61,612 nt of DNA from Chara braunii (lineage: Eukaryota; Plantae; Charophyceae), in contig BFEA01000009.1 in assembly GCA_003427395.1 (NCBI GenBank), forward strand, positions 6,564,188 to 6,625,799. The letters run 5' to 3'. Each line of letters begins with the position of its first letter. Position 1 is the first letter of the stretch. Below are positions 35,812 through 49,793 of this stretch, piece after piece. Both the position numbers and the translations under genes were made by a program. The notes beneath the pieces are model-generated. The model ran no database searches and had not been told where the DNA came from. It was given only the letters and a program-made list of their open reading frames with translations.

Positions 35812-35954
35812 ACCACCAGTACTCGGGCGACGCCTTAGCGTTAACGCTACGTGATTTCCGCGGCCGGCGGGCTGTCGATAAATCGAATCGACAGCCCGCG
35901 CTGCTTCGAGATTTGGGCGGCCGGCGCGGCGTGCAGTGCCCAAGTACTGGTGGT
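35812..35954. mobile_element. TTAA-flanked MITE, copy 3
   Basis: TIR accaccagtact(c/t)gggc; ttaa on both sides. Confidence 0.88.
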
Positions 35955-36699
35955 TTAACTTCCATCTCTGCTCCATGAGGGGTCCTTGCTAATCTGTAGG
36001 GGCCCTTCGGAAATGAGAATGGACGAATAGATTGGAGCATTTGTAAAAAAAAAGGAAACAAAAAACAAAGAATGAAGGGGTAACTTCAGTAGAGTCACAA
36101 AATTGCACTATGGGACAAGATACAGTTTGCAATTGCACTTGGGGCACCCTACCTGGCCAGAAAGCTGGGTTGTATACATTGCCCGAACTGCAATTCCAAA
36201 CTGTATCTTGGCCCGTAGTGAAATTATAACTCATTTATGCGACTCCGGTGTAGTTTCCCTAGAATGAATCTTCTCCTAAAACATGGAACCATACACCGCC
36301 TTATGCTATGTCTTTGGTGAATGTGGTGAGTAGTGAAGCCAGGCCCCTTGGGCCACTCTATGCATTCATAAGAAAACAAAAAGCAAAAAACGAGAGAGCT
36401 ACATGCGTCTTCATCCGAGCCCATAACTGCCGACATGCAGATCTGAATGCCAATCTTCAGCATATATTGGTGGTCGGCTAGCCTTGTTAAATAAGAACTT
36501 GTGACTTCTGCAAAGCGTTGTAGGGTTGGTGGCTATTGGGCAATTACACCCTTCTCGCAATTTTTTTCCATCACTCTGTGGGGTATGCAGGAGGAAGGGG
36601 GCAGGCCGGTTTCCACACCCCGTCTATAAAAACAGAAAATGGAATGAGTCCTGTTTTCATGATCCGCCATTTGGAAATTTATGGAGGATGGGCCTGCGG

Positions 36700-37840
36700 A
36701 ATTCAAAATTCCGCAGCCCTTGCGGAAAAAAAAAAGGAGAAAACTACGGTGCAGTCAGGGTTACAGTTTGCAATTGCATTTCAAATTGCGTTTTAGCAGT
36801 TTAGACACGGCCCAAGTTCCAATTGCAGCCCTTGCGGAAAAAAAAAGAAAAAAAAGAGAGAAAACTACGGCGCAGTCAGGGTTACAGTTTGCAGTTGCAT
36901 TTTGAACTGAGTTTTAGCAGTTTAGACACGGCCCAAGTTTCAGTTGCAGTTGAAACTCGGGCTGGGCTTTTGTAGCAGTTCTGTCAGGCACGTGGCGGTT
37001 TTTTTTTTTTGGGTCGCGCGCTGCACTGCGCCGCGCCGCGGCTGGGAGAGAGAGAAAAAAAAAAAAAAAAAAAAAAGAAGCCCCATGGTTGGGCCACGGC
37101 CGAGATGTCTCGGCCACACCCCAGACTGGCCATGGCCGAGATGTCTCGGCCACACCCCAGATTGGCCATGGCCGAGATGTCTCGGCCACACCCCAGATTG
37201 GCCATGGCCGAGATGTCTCGGCCACACCCCAGACTGGCCACGGCCCAGACGTGGCGTGGCGGGGCCGCCCTACAGGGCCGGCCCCTACAGGACCTAGACA
37301 ATTCGAACCTGGGTCGGGGCGTGGCGGGGCTGCCCTACAGGGCCTACGCAATTCAAACCTGGGTCTGTATTTCAACAGTGCAGGGATGGGGGCCAAAGAA
37401 GGAAAAAAAGAAAGAAAAAGAGAAAAAAAAAGAAAGGAAACCAGGAACTGTACTTTGAGGAATGTAGCTGGCCAGTATGTGAGGACAGTGAGACATGTCA
37501 TTTTCTTTGCTTCGTGAGGTCCTTGTAGCGCCCTGCGAGACATGTCTTTTTCTTTGTTTTCTTTTTGTCGTGAGGTCCTTGCAGCGCCCTGCCAGCCAGG
37601 CAGTGCGGATTCCACACGAGGCAGCTAACTGCCGCGCTTCATTCAGTTCCAGACAAGTACTGTAGCATCCTGTATCGGACCGCAATCACAGCATAAGGGA
37701 TGCTTTTTCTTTTTTTTTTATCTGCTGCTCGTGGATAGCCAGGGCCCTGACTGAACTGCTACCGAAAGGAAGGTCGAGTTTCAAGTTTTCAAGTTTCAAC
37801 TGCAATTGAAACTCGGCCCCTGACAAAAACTGCAAAACTG
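36700..37840. repeat. Repeat-rich segment: ~120-bp tandem duplication and recurring (c)agttgca(a/g)ttg motifs in both orientations; possible non-autonomous DNA element
   Basis: gcagcccttgcggaaaa...tttagacacggcccaag occurs twice; inverted motifs at 37770-37840. Confidence 0.5.
37091..37248. repeat. 36-bp minisatellite x4 with internal palindrome ggccgaga-tg-tctcggcc
   Basis: Direct reading. Confidence 0.9.
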
Positions 37841-39132
37841 TGAAAGAAAGAAGAATGCAAGGCAGCGTGAGTGAGGTAACTCAGACGGAGACGCTAGCGC
37901 TTTGTGATCCGCGGTCGGCAGTGCCCGTCAGCCAGGAATCACACAAGCCCTAGGAGATGGCAGCTACCAGGGTTGACCATCGCTGGGGACCTTGAGCATC
38001 GGCTCCCCGGCCGTTTCAGAGCCGGAGTGGGGAGACCTGCACTGACGCCAGCGTTCAAGAGTGTATGCGACGAGGGAGCACGAGGAGAGTGCCGACGGCG
38101 ATGTAGACGGAGACTTCGACGAAACGAGGTGATGGCGGCTATGCGCTGGGGATTTTGAGCATCGGCTTCCAGGTGTCCTCGGAGTTACGCCATGGATAAA
38201 GACGTCGAGAAGACGATGTGGAGAAGGACCTCTGCGATCACGAAAGGCAGCGAGAGTGAGGTAACTCAGGGCGAAGAGAACATGACGAAACTGCAGACTA
38301 AGCCATTGACAAAGACATTGAGGAGATAAAGTGGAGAAGGACTTCTGCGATCACGCCAGGCAGCAGGTGTGAGGTAACTCCCGGCTAAGTCGTTGGCGGC
38401 GAATTCGAGGAGACGAACTGGAAGTGAACTGGGAAGGAGGAGCACAGCCAAGAGGACAGCAAAACGGAGCTGTAACGAAAGGAACGTGGAAAAAACGGCG
38501 GTGGAGAGTGGAAGGGTGACGATTGGCGCTAGGTCGGTGTAAATACAAAGGAATCAACAAAGTAATCTCCGAATGGAAGGGTGACGATTGGCGCTAGGGC
38601 GGTGTGAATACAAAGCGATCAATAAAGTGATCTCCGAAGCTCTGGGAGAAGGGGGAGAAACGGGACGGCGATCCCGACAGGCGAACAACGATGGGAGCAG
38701 AAGACGGGAGAAAGTGCAAGTGACGAGGGTGAACTTTCTCTCTCCTGCCCCCCTCTCATCCCGACCCCCTTTTCCCCACCACCCGACTGAACCAAACCTT
38801 CCCTTCAACCACGTGTCCCGTAACCCTGTCACCCGACCACTAATGGGAATCTCTTCTGAATGACCTTGGTTTGTCTGACTCGCATACCTTACTATCACGG
38901 TCTTACCCCTCTCACCTGTCCCGCCTCCCTCACAATCGCCCGCTAAACACTAATTACCCGTTGAACCCTACCATTGTCAGGGGGAAGTGAGGGCTGCAGG
39001 GTGCTGACCTGCACAGACCCTGATTGGGAGGGGCAAGAATGGCCCCGCCAAACCAACTTCAACCGACCCCCCGCACAAACGAAGGCAACTTCAATCTGTA
39101 AAGACCCTGCCGAAGGATACAACAAACAAAAC

Positions 39133-42100
39133 ATGCAAACCGCAGGGGCACATACAGGAGGCACGAAGGAGACATGGAAAGACATAGTCAAAGGTGCACA
39201 GGATCNNNNNNNNNNNNNNNNNNNNNNNNNNNNNNNNNNNNNNNNNNNNNNNNNNNNNNNNNNNNNNNNNNNNNNNNNNNNNNNNNNNNNNNNNNNNNNN
39301 NNNNNNNNNNNNNNNNNNNNNNNNNNNNNNNNNNNNNNNNNNNNNNNNNNNNNNNNNNNNNNNNNNNNNNNNNNNNNNNNNNNNNNNNNNNNNNNNNNNN
39401 NNNNNNNNNNNNNNNNNNNNNNNNNNNNNNNNNNNNNNNNNNNNNNNNNNNNNNNNNNNNNNNNNNNNNNNNNNNNNNNNNNNNNNNNNNNNNNNNNNNN
39501 NNNNNNNNNNNNNNNNNNNNAACCGCAGGGGCACATACAGGAGGCACGAAGGAGACATGGAAAGACATAGTCAAAGGTGCACAGGATCCGGGTCGCAATG
39601 TAAATGACCCTCATAGAGACCAAACGAAGACCCAAGGAGAAGGGCCCTCCGCTTTGGGGACCAAGTGTAAATCCCCTCCCCAATTATTGAGAGCGCTCTC
39701 GGCACCTGCTCAGACGGATGCTCACAAATCATCCTCTCTGAACACCATGGCTCCATTGAAAAGCCACTTTATACAACAACTTTACGTTGAGCCAGAAAAG
39801 AAGTTTCAGGTTAAGGATGGTTTCATCTACCCTCACTCCATCTTCCCGGCCCTTTCCAAAGCCACGAAGGATGCAGTGTACGCCAACAAAGCAGTCCATT
39901 TTCGTTTTCAGCAAACACAAACAGCGGTCCCGATAAACGAAAAAATCAAATGGATTACCGACAAGTTGGCCAATTTCAAACCCGAACGCCAACTAGTATA
40001 TGACCACTTCCTCATCGAAGTGGACAGCTCGGATTGCATACCGGTGGTGGCTCTGTATTCCATTGATAAGCATCTCATCCTAAGAAATAAGGTGTTACAA
40101 TTTCGAGGCAAGCCAGTGCAGGTGGTTACCTGGTCACCAGCCAATCCATGATCCAGTGATGAACGGAGAGAACACCTAATGAATTTTAACTTCTGGGTTG
40201 AATTCAGATATGCTCCTCTCTGTGCACAGGGTGCGATTCTCACAGATCTTGAAGACATTGCCCATGTCAAGGGGTACATAACTGATTTACCCCAGTTCCT
40301 TGGAAAACGAGATGACTCTTTGCTGGTGGCGGTGGACTGGGATGAATCTTACCCCTTCCCCCTGAATGAGGAATGGAGATATTCCCATGGGAGCAAGGAG
40401 TTCTCTGTACCTGTAAGCCACACCCAAGACCCCTGGTGCTATGCGTGCAAGCACAGGGGCCATTTGTGCACAGATGCAGACTGCCCCCACAATCGTAAGA
40501 CAAAAATAAAAGGCCTGGTGACCCCCCACCCCTCTGATGAAGAAAGGTGGTTCCCAGAAGAGAAGGAACTCCAGGGCTGGACATTCAGGGCATACGCAGA
40601 TGGTCGTCCAGGAATATGGATCTGGCAGGGGAAGGGTCAACCAGCAGCCTTCCCGTTTGGGGCGGAACTGTTCGTCAATGATGACCCCAAACAGAAAGGA
40701 AAACGGGGCTCCACTCCGGAACCCCCAAAACAGACCGGCGGGCGAGGGCGGTCCGCTAGATTAACAGGCAGGGATAAACACAAGCCCACCACATCCGCGG
40801 ATGGCCAGCAAGGTGTTATCGGGGGCAATAGTCAGAGACAGCAAACCCTGCCACAAGCTCCGCATACATTAGGAGCAAGCACCCGTTCTGTACACATTCG
40901 CACTCAGACCCAGCAGGTGCAAAAAATATATAAGCCTAAACAGCCAGGGAACCTCCCGGCCCCCCTCCCGCCTGGACATTTGGTACTACCACCACCACTG
41001 CCACAACCAGCACAACAAGAGTCAGGCCAGGGTGGGGCAGAACAACTCGGTCACCCAGCACCCTCCGCACCTGCACAATCGAGTCCATCTATGGACCAGG
41101 GCGAACAAGGGGCACACCCCCCTACACGCACTGCAGAACTTCAACAGACCCACCCTCAATTGCAAACGGGGGAGGGTCAACTGATCCTGCCTATTGCCCA
41201 ACACAGCGCTTCAATGCCACAACCGCTGACAAAGCGTCCAGCTCTTCCACCCACAAACACAAGGGCAAAGGCCACAGTGACAACCACACAGGAACAGAAG
41301 ACTGAGTCCACAAATGCCAATATGCACAGTCGACCCCCTATAGCACAACCAGACCTCACACGGCTACCGGAGGACGAAGACAAAGCTGGTTCAGTGGGAC
41401 CACAGAGGGCAACCGAGGCAAGACTAGATGTACAGACCCGTGACAAGAAGACACCACCGCCGGATATGGTACTAATAGGACAAAAGGGGGCGGAGGATGA
41501 AGGGAACATGAAAGGAAAAATGGAGGGGCAGGTCCTTGCTGGCAGATCTCCATCGACGGATGGAGGAAGGGCGAAGTTGGGTCCTGCTGGGGCGGGCCAG
41601 CCAAGTCAGCCGGCACAAACCGGTCTCACAATTGAGACACAAACAGGTTCCAAAGCGCTCAAACCGCAACAGATGTGGCAAAGAGCCAACACTATTCTAA
41701 CAAAAATAAAGGATGTAGCATTCTCCCAGCACTGGGAGTTGCCACGGGGAAAGCTTCCTCCCCACCTCCAACACCCTCCACACCACCCACCCCCCGGGCC
41801 ACTCCCCACCTCCCCGCAGGCGCTGGTGAAAGAAACGGTGACAGAAATAGAGGTCCCCCCAAAAGATGGCCCCCCAGGAAGACAGGCAGTTGACTTGCAA
41901 CCCACTGGCCTGAAGGAACAACTGGGTAAGCACCAGGCAAAGCCTGACCCAGACCAGCAACATCTGCCGGAGGCGTAGCAGGCAGTTGACTTGCAACCCG
42001 CTGGCCCGAAGGAACAACTGGGTGAGCACCAGCCAAAGCCCGACCCAGACCAGCAACGACAGCCGGTGGCCCTGCAGCTGCAATTATCTCAATTATCTCA

Positions 42101-45026
42101 ATCTTCCTCTTTAGACGGGTCGACCTCACAGGATGACTTACCTGATCATAACCGGCCGCAACACCCAATCCTGCACCTGTCTCAATCCCTGGGAGCAAGA
42201 CAGACGCAGGAACAGAACCAACCGTTAGCTGAAGGAAACACACGGCTCGGACAAGTTGTGTCGGAGCTCACAGGGGAATGCAAATTCCTGCTCATACCCT
42301 CCCCAATGACCTCCCCGAGACCAGGTGCACATAGTAAACGGCTGATCAAGTGGGAGGACGATGGGGAGCACCCAACAGAGAAGCAGGAACAACCCCAACA
42401 ACAACACCTGCAGGAATACATGCAGCAACCGCAGACTCAGGCACAACCGCAACTGAAACCGGTGCAAGTACATTCGCAACAACAATTGCAAAAACAATCG
42501 CAACACCAGCACCACGACAGCCATCGCTCGGAGCAGGGACAGGCGTATCTGACGACTCACACGCTGCAAATCCAAGATGAGCAGAAAGGGGTGCAACTAC
42601 ACTCACAACAGCAACAACAGGCATATCTGACGATTCACACGCTGCAAATCGAAGATGTGCAGAAAGGGGTGCAACTACACCCACAACAGCAACCGCAGCA
42701 CCAGGAGATCCGCCACCCGACGCCAGGCCAGACGGTTCACACGCTGCACACCACAGACGAACAGACAGGTCGGTTGGTTCCATACAGGGGGCAGCATCAG
42801 CAGCCCCTCCATCAACAACAGGACCTTGACCACCGTCCCCAGACAGAAGAACAACAAGCTTCTGCTCTGCTAGGCGGAGGGTCAATGGTCAACAGCCAAG
42901 AACAATACCAACAGCTGGACCTCATGCAAAGCGAGCAAGAGCAATACCCATCCGAACAACAACTACAACAACAACATGACTTGATCTCGTCGGCGTGCCT
43001 TCTCGATAGCCATTGTAGGCCCAGCCAGGAGCACCTCCCCCAGGTCCAAGTTGCACAAGAGCTCCCGCTGTACGCACAGCAGCAAGCGCGTCTCCAGCAA
43101 CAGCAGCAACAGCCTCGGGAGGAACTGCTGCTGCATCATGCACAATGGCAACAAAGCCAACATCAGGAGATCCTGCAGCAACAACAGTTGCACCTGCAAC
43201 TCCTGCAACAACAAACGCAGATACAGGTCCAGCAACAGCAACATCAACTACACATCCTACAAAGGACAGAATGTGAGGCCCAACTTCGCCTGCTGCTACA
43301 AGCACAGCTAGCGCAATACCAGCACCAGCAGCACCGAGACAGAATGATGCAGCTACAACAACTTTTGGATCACCTGCACCAGCAATGACATCAACAACTG
43401 TGTTGCGACCAACAACAGGTGTTACAACAACAACAGCACCAGCTGCACATCTTCTGGCAACAAGAGGTGGACAGACAGAAAGCGATCCAACAACATATGC
43501 AATTTCAACCTGATCACCCCTCTATTGCCCTCCCAGGTTGGTACGAAGGACCGCAAGACATGGACACCTCGGCTCCACCACTCGAGTCTCAACAGATAAG
43601 CCAACACTGCTTCCCGCCGGTGGACCAACACTGCCCCCCGCCGGTGGACATGGATGTGGAAATCCTCCCGCCACGGGTTCCCCCACCAACAGATGCCTCC
43701 CCCCCTCCGCTCACGGCCGATGATGAGGTTCAACAGAAACTGGCATTCCTCACGGATTGGACACTAACGAAAATCTTCTCCCTTACAGATGACAAACCGG
43801 GGGAGAAGCTTGACAACCGTTATTAGGGGGAGGCCAAAAGGGTGCTGATGTACAGCCCCCGGGTTCTTGCCACGGTTCAAGAATATCACAATATCTCAGC
43901 CATTGATTGGCAAGATGTGAGGGCGGCCATTGTCCTGGTCGTCAACGACTTCCTCGATAAAATGCTCAATTACGCTAATACTTACCTCGGCAAGCGACAG
44001 ACTGACGGCGGAAATTCCCTCGACCGTGCTGACCCCACAGATGAGGCCTTCTTGCATGAGGGTCTGGCTTGGCCAAAACTCCTGGTTCAGGAACTGTGTA
44101 CCACACTCCATGCACTTCATGATGGCGACCCCCGACTCGTGGGAGTAAAGCCAGGAATACAAATCGCGAGTCATCAGCATCCCATCCTTCGGCCTGATCC
44201 TCAGAAGCTTCAGATTCAGATCCAGGTCCACGACCAAGCACAAGGGCAGGAGCAACAATCAGGAGGGATCCCACAGGCCAGCCAAGCGACAGAGGGGCTG
44301 CTGCAAAAACAGGCAGCTCAACAACTCGTGCTAACACACAAATTGACTGCAGTGCAGCAATCCTCCGGACAGAATACTCATGCGAAGGTCTTCGGCCTGG
44401 AGGACGATGACGCAACAATCCCCGACTCGGGGGAGGACAAGCCCATGGATGCCCTCCAAAGGAAGATGCGTGAACTGGTGAGACTACAGGAGGACGACAG
44501 TCCCCCAGAGGCCATGCCTCCCAGAGTGGCCCTATTCCCGCTCATAAGGGATAATGTAAATGGAGGGGAATGGCTGCTTGGCCTTAAAACCCTAGGGAAC
44601 AGCACACAACCATCTTCACACTCTAAGGCCAGCTCACCCCAAAACAGCGTCACTGTGTAAGGATGGAGAGGCAAATCCTCCGACACAGTTATAATCAAAA
44701 GACTCAGGTTTTGGATAAGGGAGAACAATGTAACAGAAGTCATGGGCGTTGTTCTGCTAGAACAGACATCCTTCCCGCCTGGCACTATCCCTGTCCTCCT
44801 GCTGTTGAACCCGTGTGTCCAAACCCTTAAAAAGATAATGGACTTCAAATGGTTCAATCACCGCCAGCTTATGGAAATGACCACAACACGCTTTCAAACG
44901 AATTATGCATGGACCAGGTCTAGGGTGATCCTCTTCATGCAGGCCTTCCTAGAGGATAACATGTTGGAAGAACACAATCAGTGGGAGGACCCGCGGAGCC
45001 TGCTCCCCATCGATAGCAAAGCTTGA
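39133..45026 (+). pseudogene. LINE ORF1 (roughly 1800-1900 codons): N-terminal folded region, zinc knuckle, long P/Q-rich region, C-terminal globular domain
   Basis: ORFs 39174, 40179, 41991, 43419, 43842 and 44742 share one frame separated by single stops; CYACKHRGHLCTDADC knuckle; homologous to the ORF1 at 54899-59715. Confidence 0.8.
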
Positions 45027-45063
45027 GCACCTCATATATCAACGGTTTTAACCAAAACTGTTG

Positions 45064-48000
45064 ATGAAGCAGCTTATAGTGGAACAAATAGGCCGACTCC
45101 TGACCCACCGCCCCAATCTGCCCAGCCCCATGGAACACCCCCCCCCNCCTCCTCCTCCTCCACCTCCCCCCCCACTTCCCCCTCCCCCCCCTCTACGGCC
45201 CCCTTCCCCTCCCGTATTCCCTCAGGTTAGGAAAGCGCCCCAATTGGCCACTAAGCTTGCCCAAGCAGACCTTGACATCCGGTCGTTGAATGTTAACGGG
45301 TTGATTCAAGCAACAAAAGATAAGAAAGATGCGATATGGAATCTCTTAAAATGCCCGATAACCGGAAAATGGCCAGATGCTGTGTGTGTTCAATAAACCC
45401 ATCTGCAGGACTCTCCGCCGCATATTGCAAAGGCCAAATCAATCTGACCGTACACGTGCTATGCGGCCCCGGCCAAGGACCGAGCCTCAGCAGGTGTTGC
45501 AATCTGGATACCACCCTCCTCGACGCTCAAACCCAAAGCAGTTGAACACGACAATCAAAACGGCAGGTGGGTATGCCTTAAGGTTGAGTTTGAAGAGGAG
45601 GAATTCTACCTGGTGAGTATCTATGCTCCTAACGATCCCACTAGCAGGGTGGAGTTTTGGCTCACGCTTCAGCAGCAGATACCACAGGATGCGCCAATCA
45701 TCTTCGCAGGAGACTTTAATACCACGTTGGATCCCATGATAGACCGCAGGTCCTCCTCACAGCAGTATGATCCCAAGTCCCATGGGCCAGATATCCTGGG
45801 GCTGAAACAATTTATGGCAGACAGGGAATTAGAGGATGCACACAGACTGCTACATCCCTCCCAGCGCGCCTACACGTGTCTATCATCCAGAGGCGAGCGA
45901 GGCCTAGCAAATTCACGTATTGATCTTACACTTGTGTCTAAAGACTTGCTGGGTCTGGTCACAACACCAGAAATAACGACCATCAGCCCATGCAAATCAT
46001 TTGATCGCAGGATGATCACACTAGGCCTCTCCTTTCATACCCACATACAAAGGGGGCTAGGATATTTCAAGTTTAATACCTCCTTGCTTCCCCTGACAAA
46101 GTTCAAAGACCTCGTCACAACATTTTGGGCCTACTGGCAGACCCAAAAACCGGAATCCGGGGATAGAGTGTGCTGGTTTAATGAGGGCATTGCACAACTT
46201 AGAGAAAGAACCAAGAAATTTTCCATACAACGTGCCAGAGACCGCAAAGCCATCCTCGACAAATTGATGCAAGACTTGGAAGATTGGGATGAACAACTCA
46301 TGCTTGATCCGCTCCACGGCCCCACGTTTGAACAACTGCAACATGCCCGAGATCACCTCCAAGAATACTTGCACCATCAAGCCGAGGCATGGAGGATCCA
46401 GGCCAAGATTAAACGTGCACATACGGAGGGGACGATGGCAAAAGCCTTTTTCAAAAAGGCACGTGCTAGAGCAAGGGCCAACACGGTACCCAGGTTTAGA
46501 CACCCCTTGGACAGCGAGGCCCCAACTGCCACCAATGCGTACTCTATTGCAGATTATGCGTCCCAGTACTATAGGAACTTGTTTACCTCCCAAACGACCC
46601 TGAAGAACCCGGCTGAAGTCAATAACGCTAGGGAAGATCTCCTCAACGCTCTGTGTTATCGCCTCACACAGCAACAGAAAGAGGAAATGGACAAGCCTCT
46701 CACTCAACAAGAACTCCTGGAGGCACTACAGGACATGGAGGATGAAAAGACCCCAGGTATAGACTCCTTCCCTAAGGAATTCTGGGTGCAGTTTTGGGAA
46801 ATGATTAGAGGTGACCTCTTCGAATACACACGGGCTGTTCAGAGGGAGGGGTCCTTTGGAGGCATGATCGGCCAAGGGGTCACCACGCTCCTCTATAAAA
46901 AAGGAGATAGGGAGGACATCCGAAATTACAGGCCTATTATGCTCCTCCCTGTGCACTACAAAATGGTGGCGAAGGCTCTGACGAAACGCTTGCTGCCACA
47001 TATGAATGTGCTCATACACCCGGACCAAACAGGATTCATGCCCAACCGCAATATCCAAGACAATATCCTGTTAGTGAATGGGACTATGAAGTATGCACGT
47101 CAGAGGAAAGTCCCAACAGCCATCATGTTTATAGACTTTGAAAAAACGTATGATCATGTTGACTGGGAATTTCTAGATAGATGTCAGTTAAAAATGAATC
47201 TTGGCCCGACCTTCTGCCACTGGATACAACTCCTTCATAGAACAGCCACCACTAACATTATGCTCAATGGCCACCTCTCACCGCCAATACACTTGCAAAG
47301 GTCAGTGCGACAGGGCGACCCGATCGCCCCATTGCTCTTCGTCATCGTTATGGAGGCCTTAGCCGCCTGGATCAGATCCCACCCCAAGATCAGCAAAATA
47401 CCTATTCCAGACATTCCTCACCATCTCATCCCGGTGACGTCGCTGTTTGGTGACGATCTTACAGTTCTTATCAGGGCGGACGATGACAGCATACGAGCTC
47501 TGGCACAGGTCATACATACCTTCTCGCTGGCGGCAGATATGAAGGTTAATTGGGGTTCTAAGACAGAAGGTTGCTGGCTCCACCCTCAAGGCCAACCACC
47601 ACCGCCCCAGTCGGTTGTCGCATGGGCACGTGCAGACGAACCTATTAGAATCTTAGGGGTGAGGCTGACTGCGCTCGGACCCCCGCCCGATCACGGAGAG
47701 GTATTGGTGAATGTGGCAATTGATCGGCTACTGAAATGGGAAGGACTGCATACCTCGCTTGTAGGAAGGGCCTTGGCAATCAATAACGCTGTTCTGGCGG
47801 TCATTTGGTATAAACTTGCAGTCTGGCCGCTAAAACCTCCTCAATATGCAAGACTTAAAACAGCGCTCACAACGTATCTTTGGAAGAACAACGCCAAATT
47901 TGAAAGATGTCTGTCCAGGGTAAGATGGGATGTCCTCACACAGCCAAGAACCAAAGGGGGATTGGGGATACTGGACCCAGAGAGGGAGTGTGAGGCATTA

Positions 48001-49793
48001 GTTTTCAAGGTCCTAATTAGACTTCTCATGGGAAATGATATCCCGTGGGCGCCCCTCGCTGCCTTGCAGATAGCTGCACTGGCCCCCGAACCGGCTGCGG
48101 GCTGCGACATACACCCCTACCGATGGCTCACCAACAGATACTGGACGATCCCCTCTCCCTCACAAAACAGACAAGCCAATGACCTGCGACAAGTAGCCAG
48201 AGTGGATCTGGTTAATGATCCTCTCTGGGCCAATATGCTCAAACTCTGGAGGACATGTGGTCCGCAACAGAAACGCCCCCCCAACACCTGGCAAGAAATC
48301 TGGAGGCAGCCATTGTTTGGCAACCCCTACATCCTGGATGAGGAAGGTGGCCCCTTCACCCTTACCACAAACTCCCCCTGGCTAATATGGGCAAGAAGAG
48401 GGATATTTACGGTGGAGGACCTGTGGGACCTGGTAGCAGCAGATTGGGCAACAACGGAACAACTCCAAAGGCGCCTTAAATATGTTAAGAATGTGGGGGA
48501 GAAGGCGCTCAAACTCAGGGAGGCCTTGCCTCTGGCCTGGAGGTCCGCCCTCAAGAACGGTCCCATGGTTAAACAAGGGGATTGGGTAGTGAGATACGCC
48601 GGCCTTCCCACCCCGACCGTCATATACAAAGTGATAACTAACTATGACGGCCAGTGCCAGTTGGAGGCATATGAACCCCATCCGACATGTGCCAGGTTTG
48701 CGAAACTAGCACGTAATGACAACCTGGATAGAGAGGAAAACTGGGGAGGACTCGTGCAAGTAAGAGTGGTGGGTGACTCCCAGGAAGACTTATGTGTTTA
48801 CGAACCTGCCACCCCGGTTGCCAGACTCCCGTTTGACCCGGGGGAGTGGGAGTGGCCGAGTCCCAAGCCTCTTCATACCTGGGATTACACAGTCAGAAGA
48901 GGTTACAAAGCGGCGTGCCACACCCTGCCAATTGATCAAATCCTAACCCAAAGATGGGCACGTGACTCGCCCATGGACTCGCGTATGGTGGAAAACCTGC
49001 CCTGGTCAAAAGTCTCCAAAATTATGCCCACAAACTTGAGAGCTTTGCAATGGCAGATCCTGCACCGATGCCTCCCTACCCCTGACTGGCTAGTTTCGAG
49101 GACAGACCTGGAGGAGAAAGGCCTGCTGTCCCCATCTGTACGTATTGTGGCAGGGCAACGCCACCAGCTCGGGCCACGATGGAACACTGCCTGCTGGCAT
49201 GCCCCATGGTCACCCAGCTGTGGCAATGGTGGGATGCAGCCTTCCATTCCCTCACAGCCCAACATATCCCATGGGATCTTGGGTTGCTGCTTCTGGGGGA
49301 GAACCAGCACTTGCTAAAACAATGGTCCCCCTTCGCATCCAACCTCTTTCGCTATATGAGACTGCCGGTCCTTATGCTGGCTTGGAGAACCAGATGCTCT
49401 CGTGAAAGAAGGGACCACCAGCTAGGATTGCGTCAAGCCCAACAGGAAATTCAGGATGAAATCAGGTCCCGCACATACGATGCATGGAAAGCCTTCAGAC
49501 GGGCTTACGAAGAAGAAAAAGAGCCTGCGGCCAAGGTAATTTTGAAAGAAACCTATACCCAACTTTGGCAAGACCCGCACTGTATCTTTGCGGATCTAGA
49601 TGCAGGCCTCAACATTCAATGGAAACCATGGAGGACGACAGAACAGTCTTGGCAGAGGCAACCCTTCCACTGCTTCGAGGTTCCGTACCTGCAACCCAAC
49701 TTTATCCTCATCCCCCCTCGTTGCCCCTCCCTACTTCCTAACCTCAATCTACCTCAACCAACACCCCAACCGCTGCAGACACCCCTCCGCTAG
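45064..49793 (+). pseudogene. LINE ORF2: Pro-rich leader, APE endonuclease, reverse transcriptase, C-terminal zinc finger; no RNase H seen
   Basis: DIRSLNVNGL, CVQ*TH, SIYAPN, GDFN, SRIDL, YRPIMLL, FIDFEKTYD, RQGDPIAPLLF, LFGDDL, WQILHRCLPT, CTYC...HCLLAC; stops at 45394 and 45445, frameshift near 49130. Confidence 0.95.

Noticed and set aside
37091-37248. Palindromic 36-bp repeat as a CRISPR array
   Set aside because: The sequence between palindromes is near-identical in every unit
39136-39588. Direct repeat flanking the gap
   Set aside because: Identical sequence on both sides of the N run suggests unmerged contig overlap; the same applies to 16494-16626 versus 16752-16883
40149-43826. 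Programmed stop-codon readthrough or alternative genetic code in ORF1
   Set aside because: Stops are of mixed types and explicable as C-to-T or G-to-A decay, and ORF2 also has stops at conserved residues
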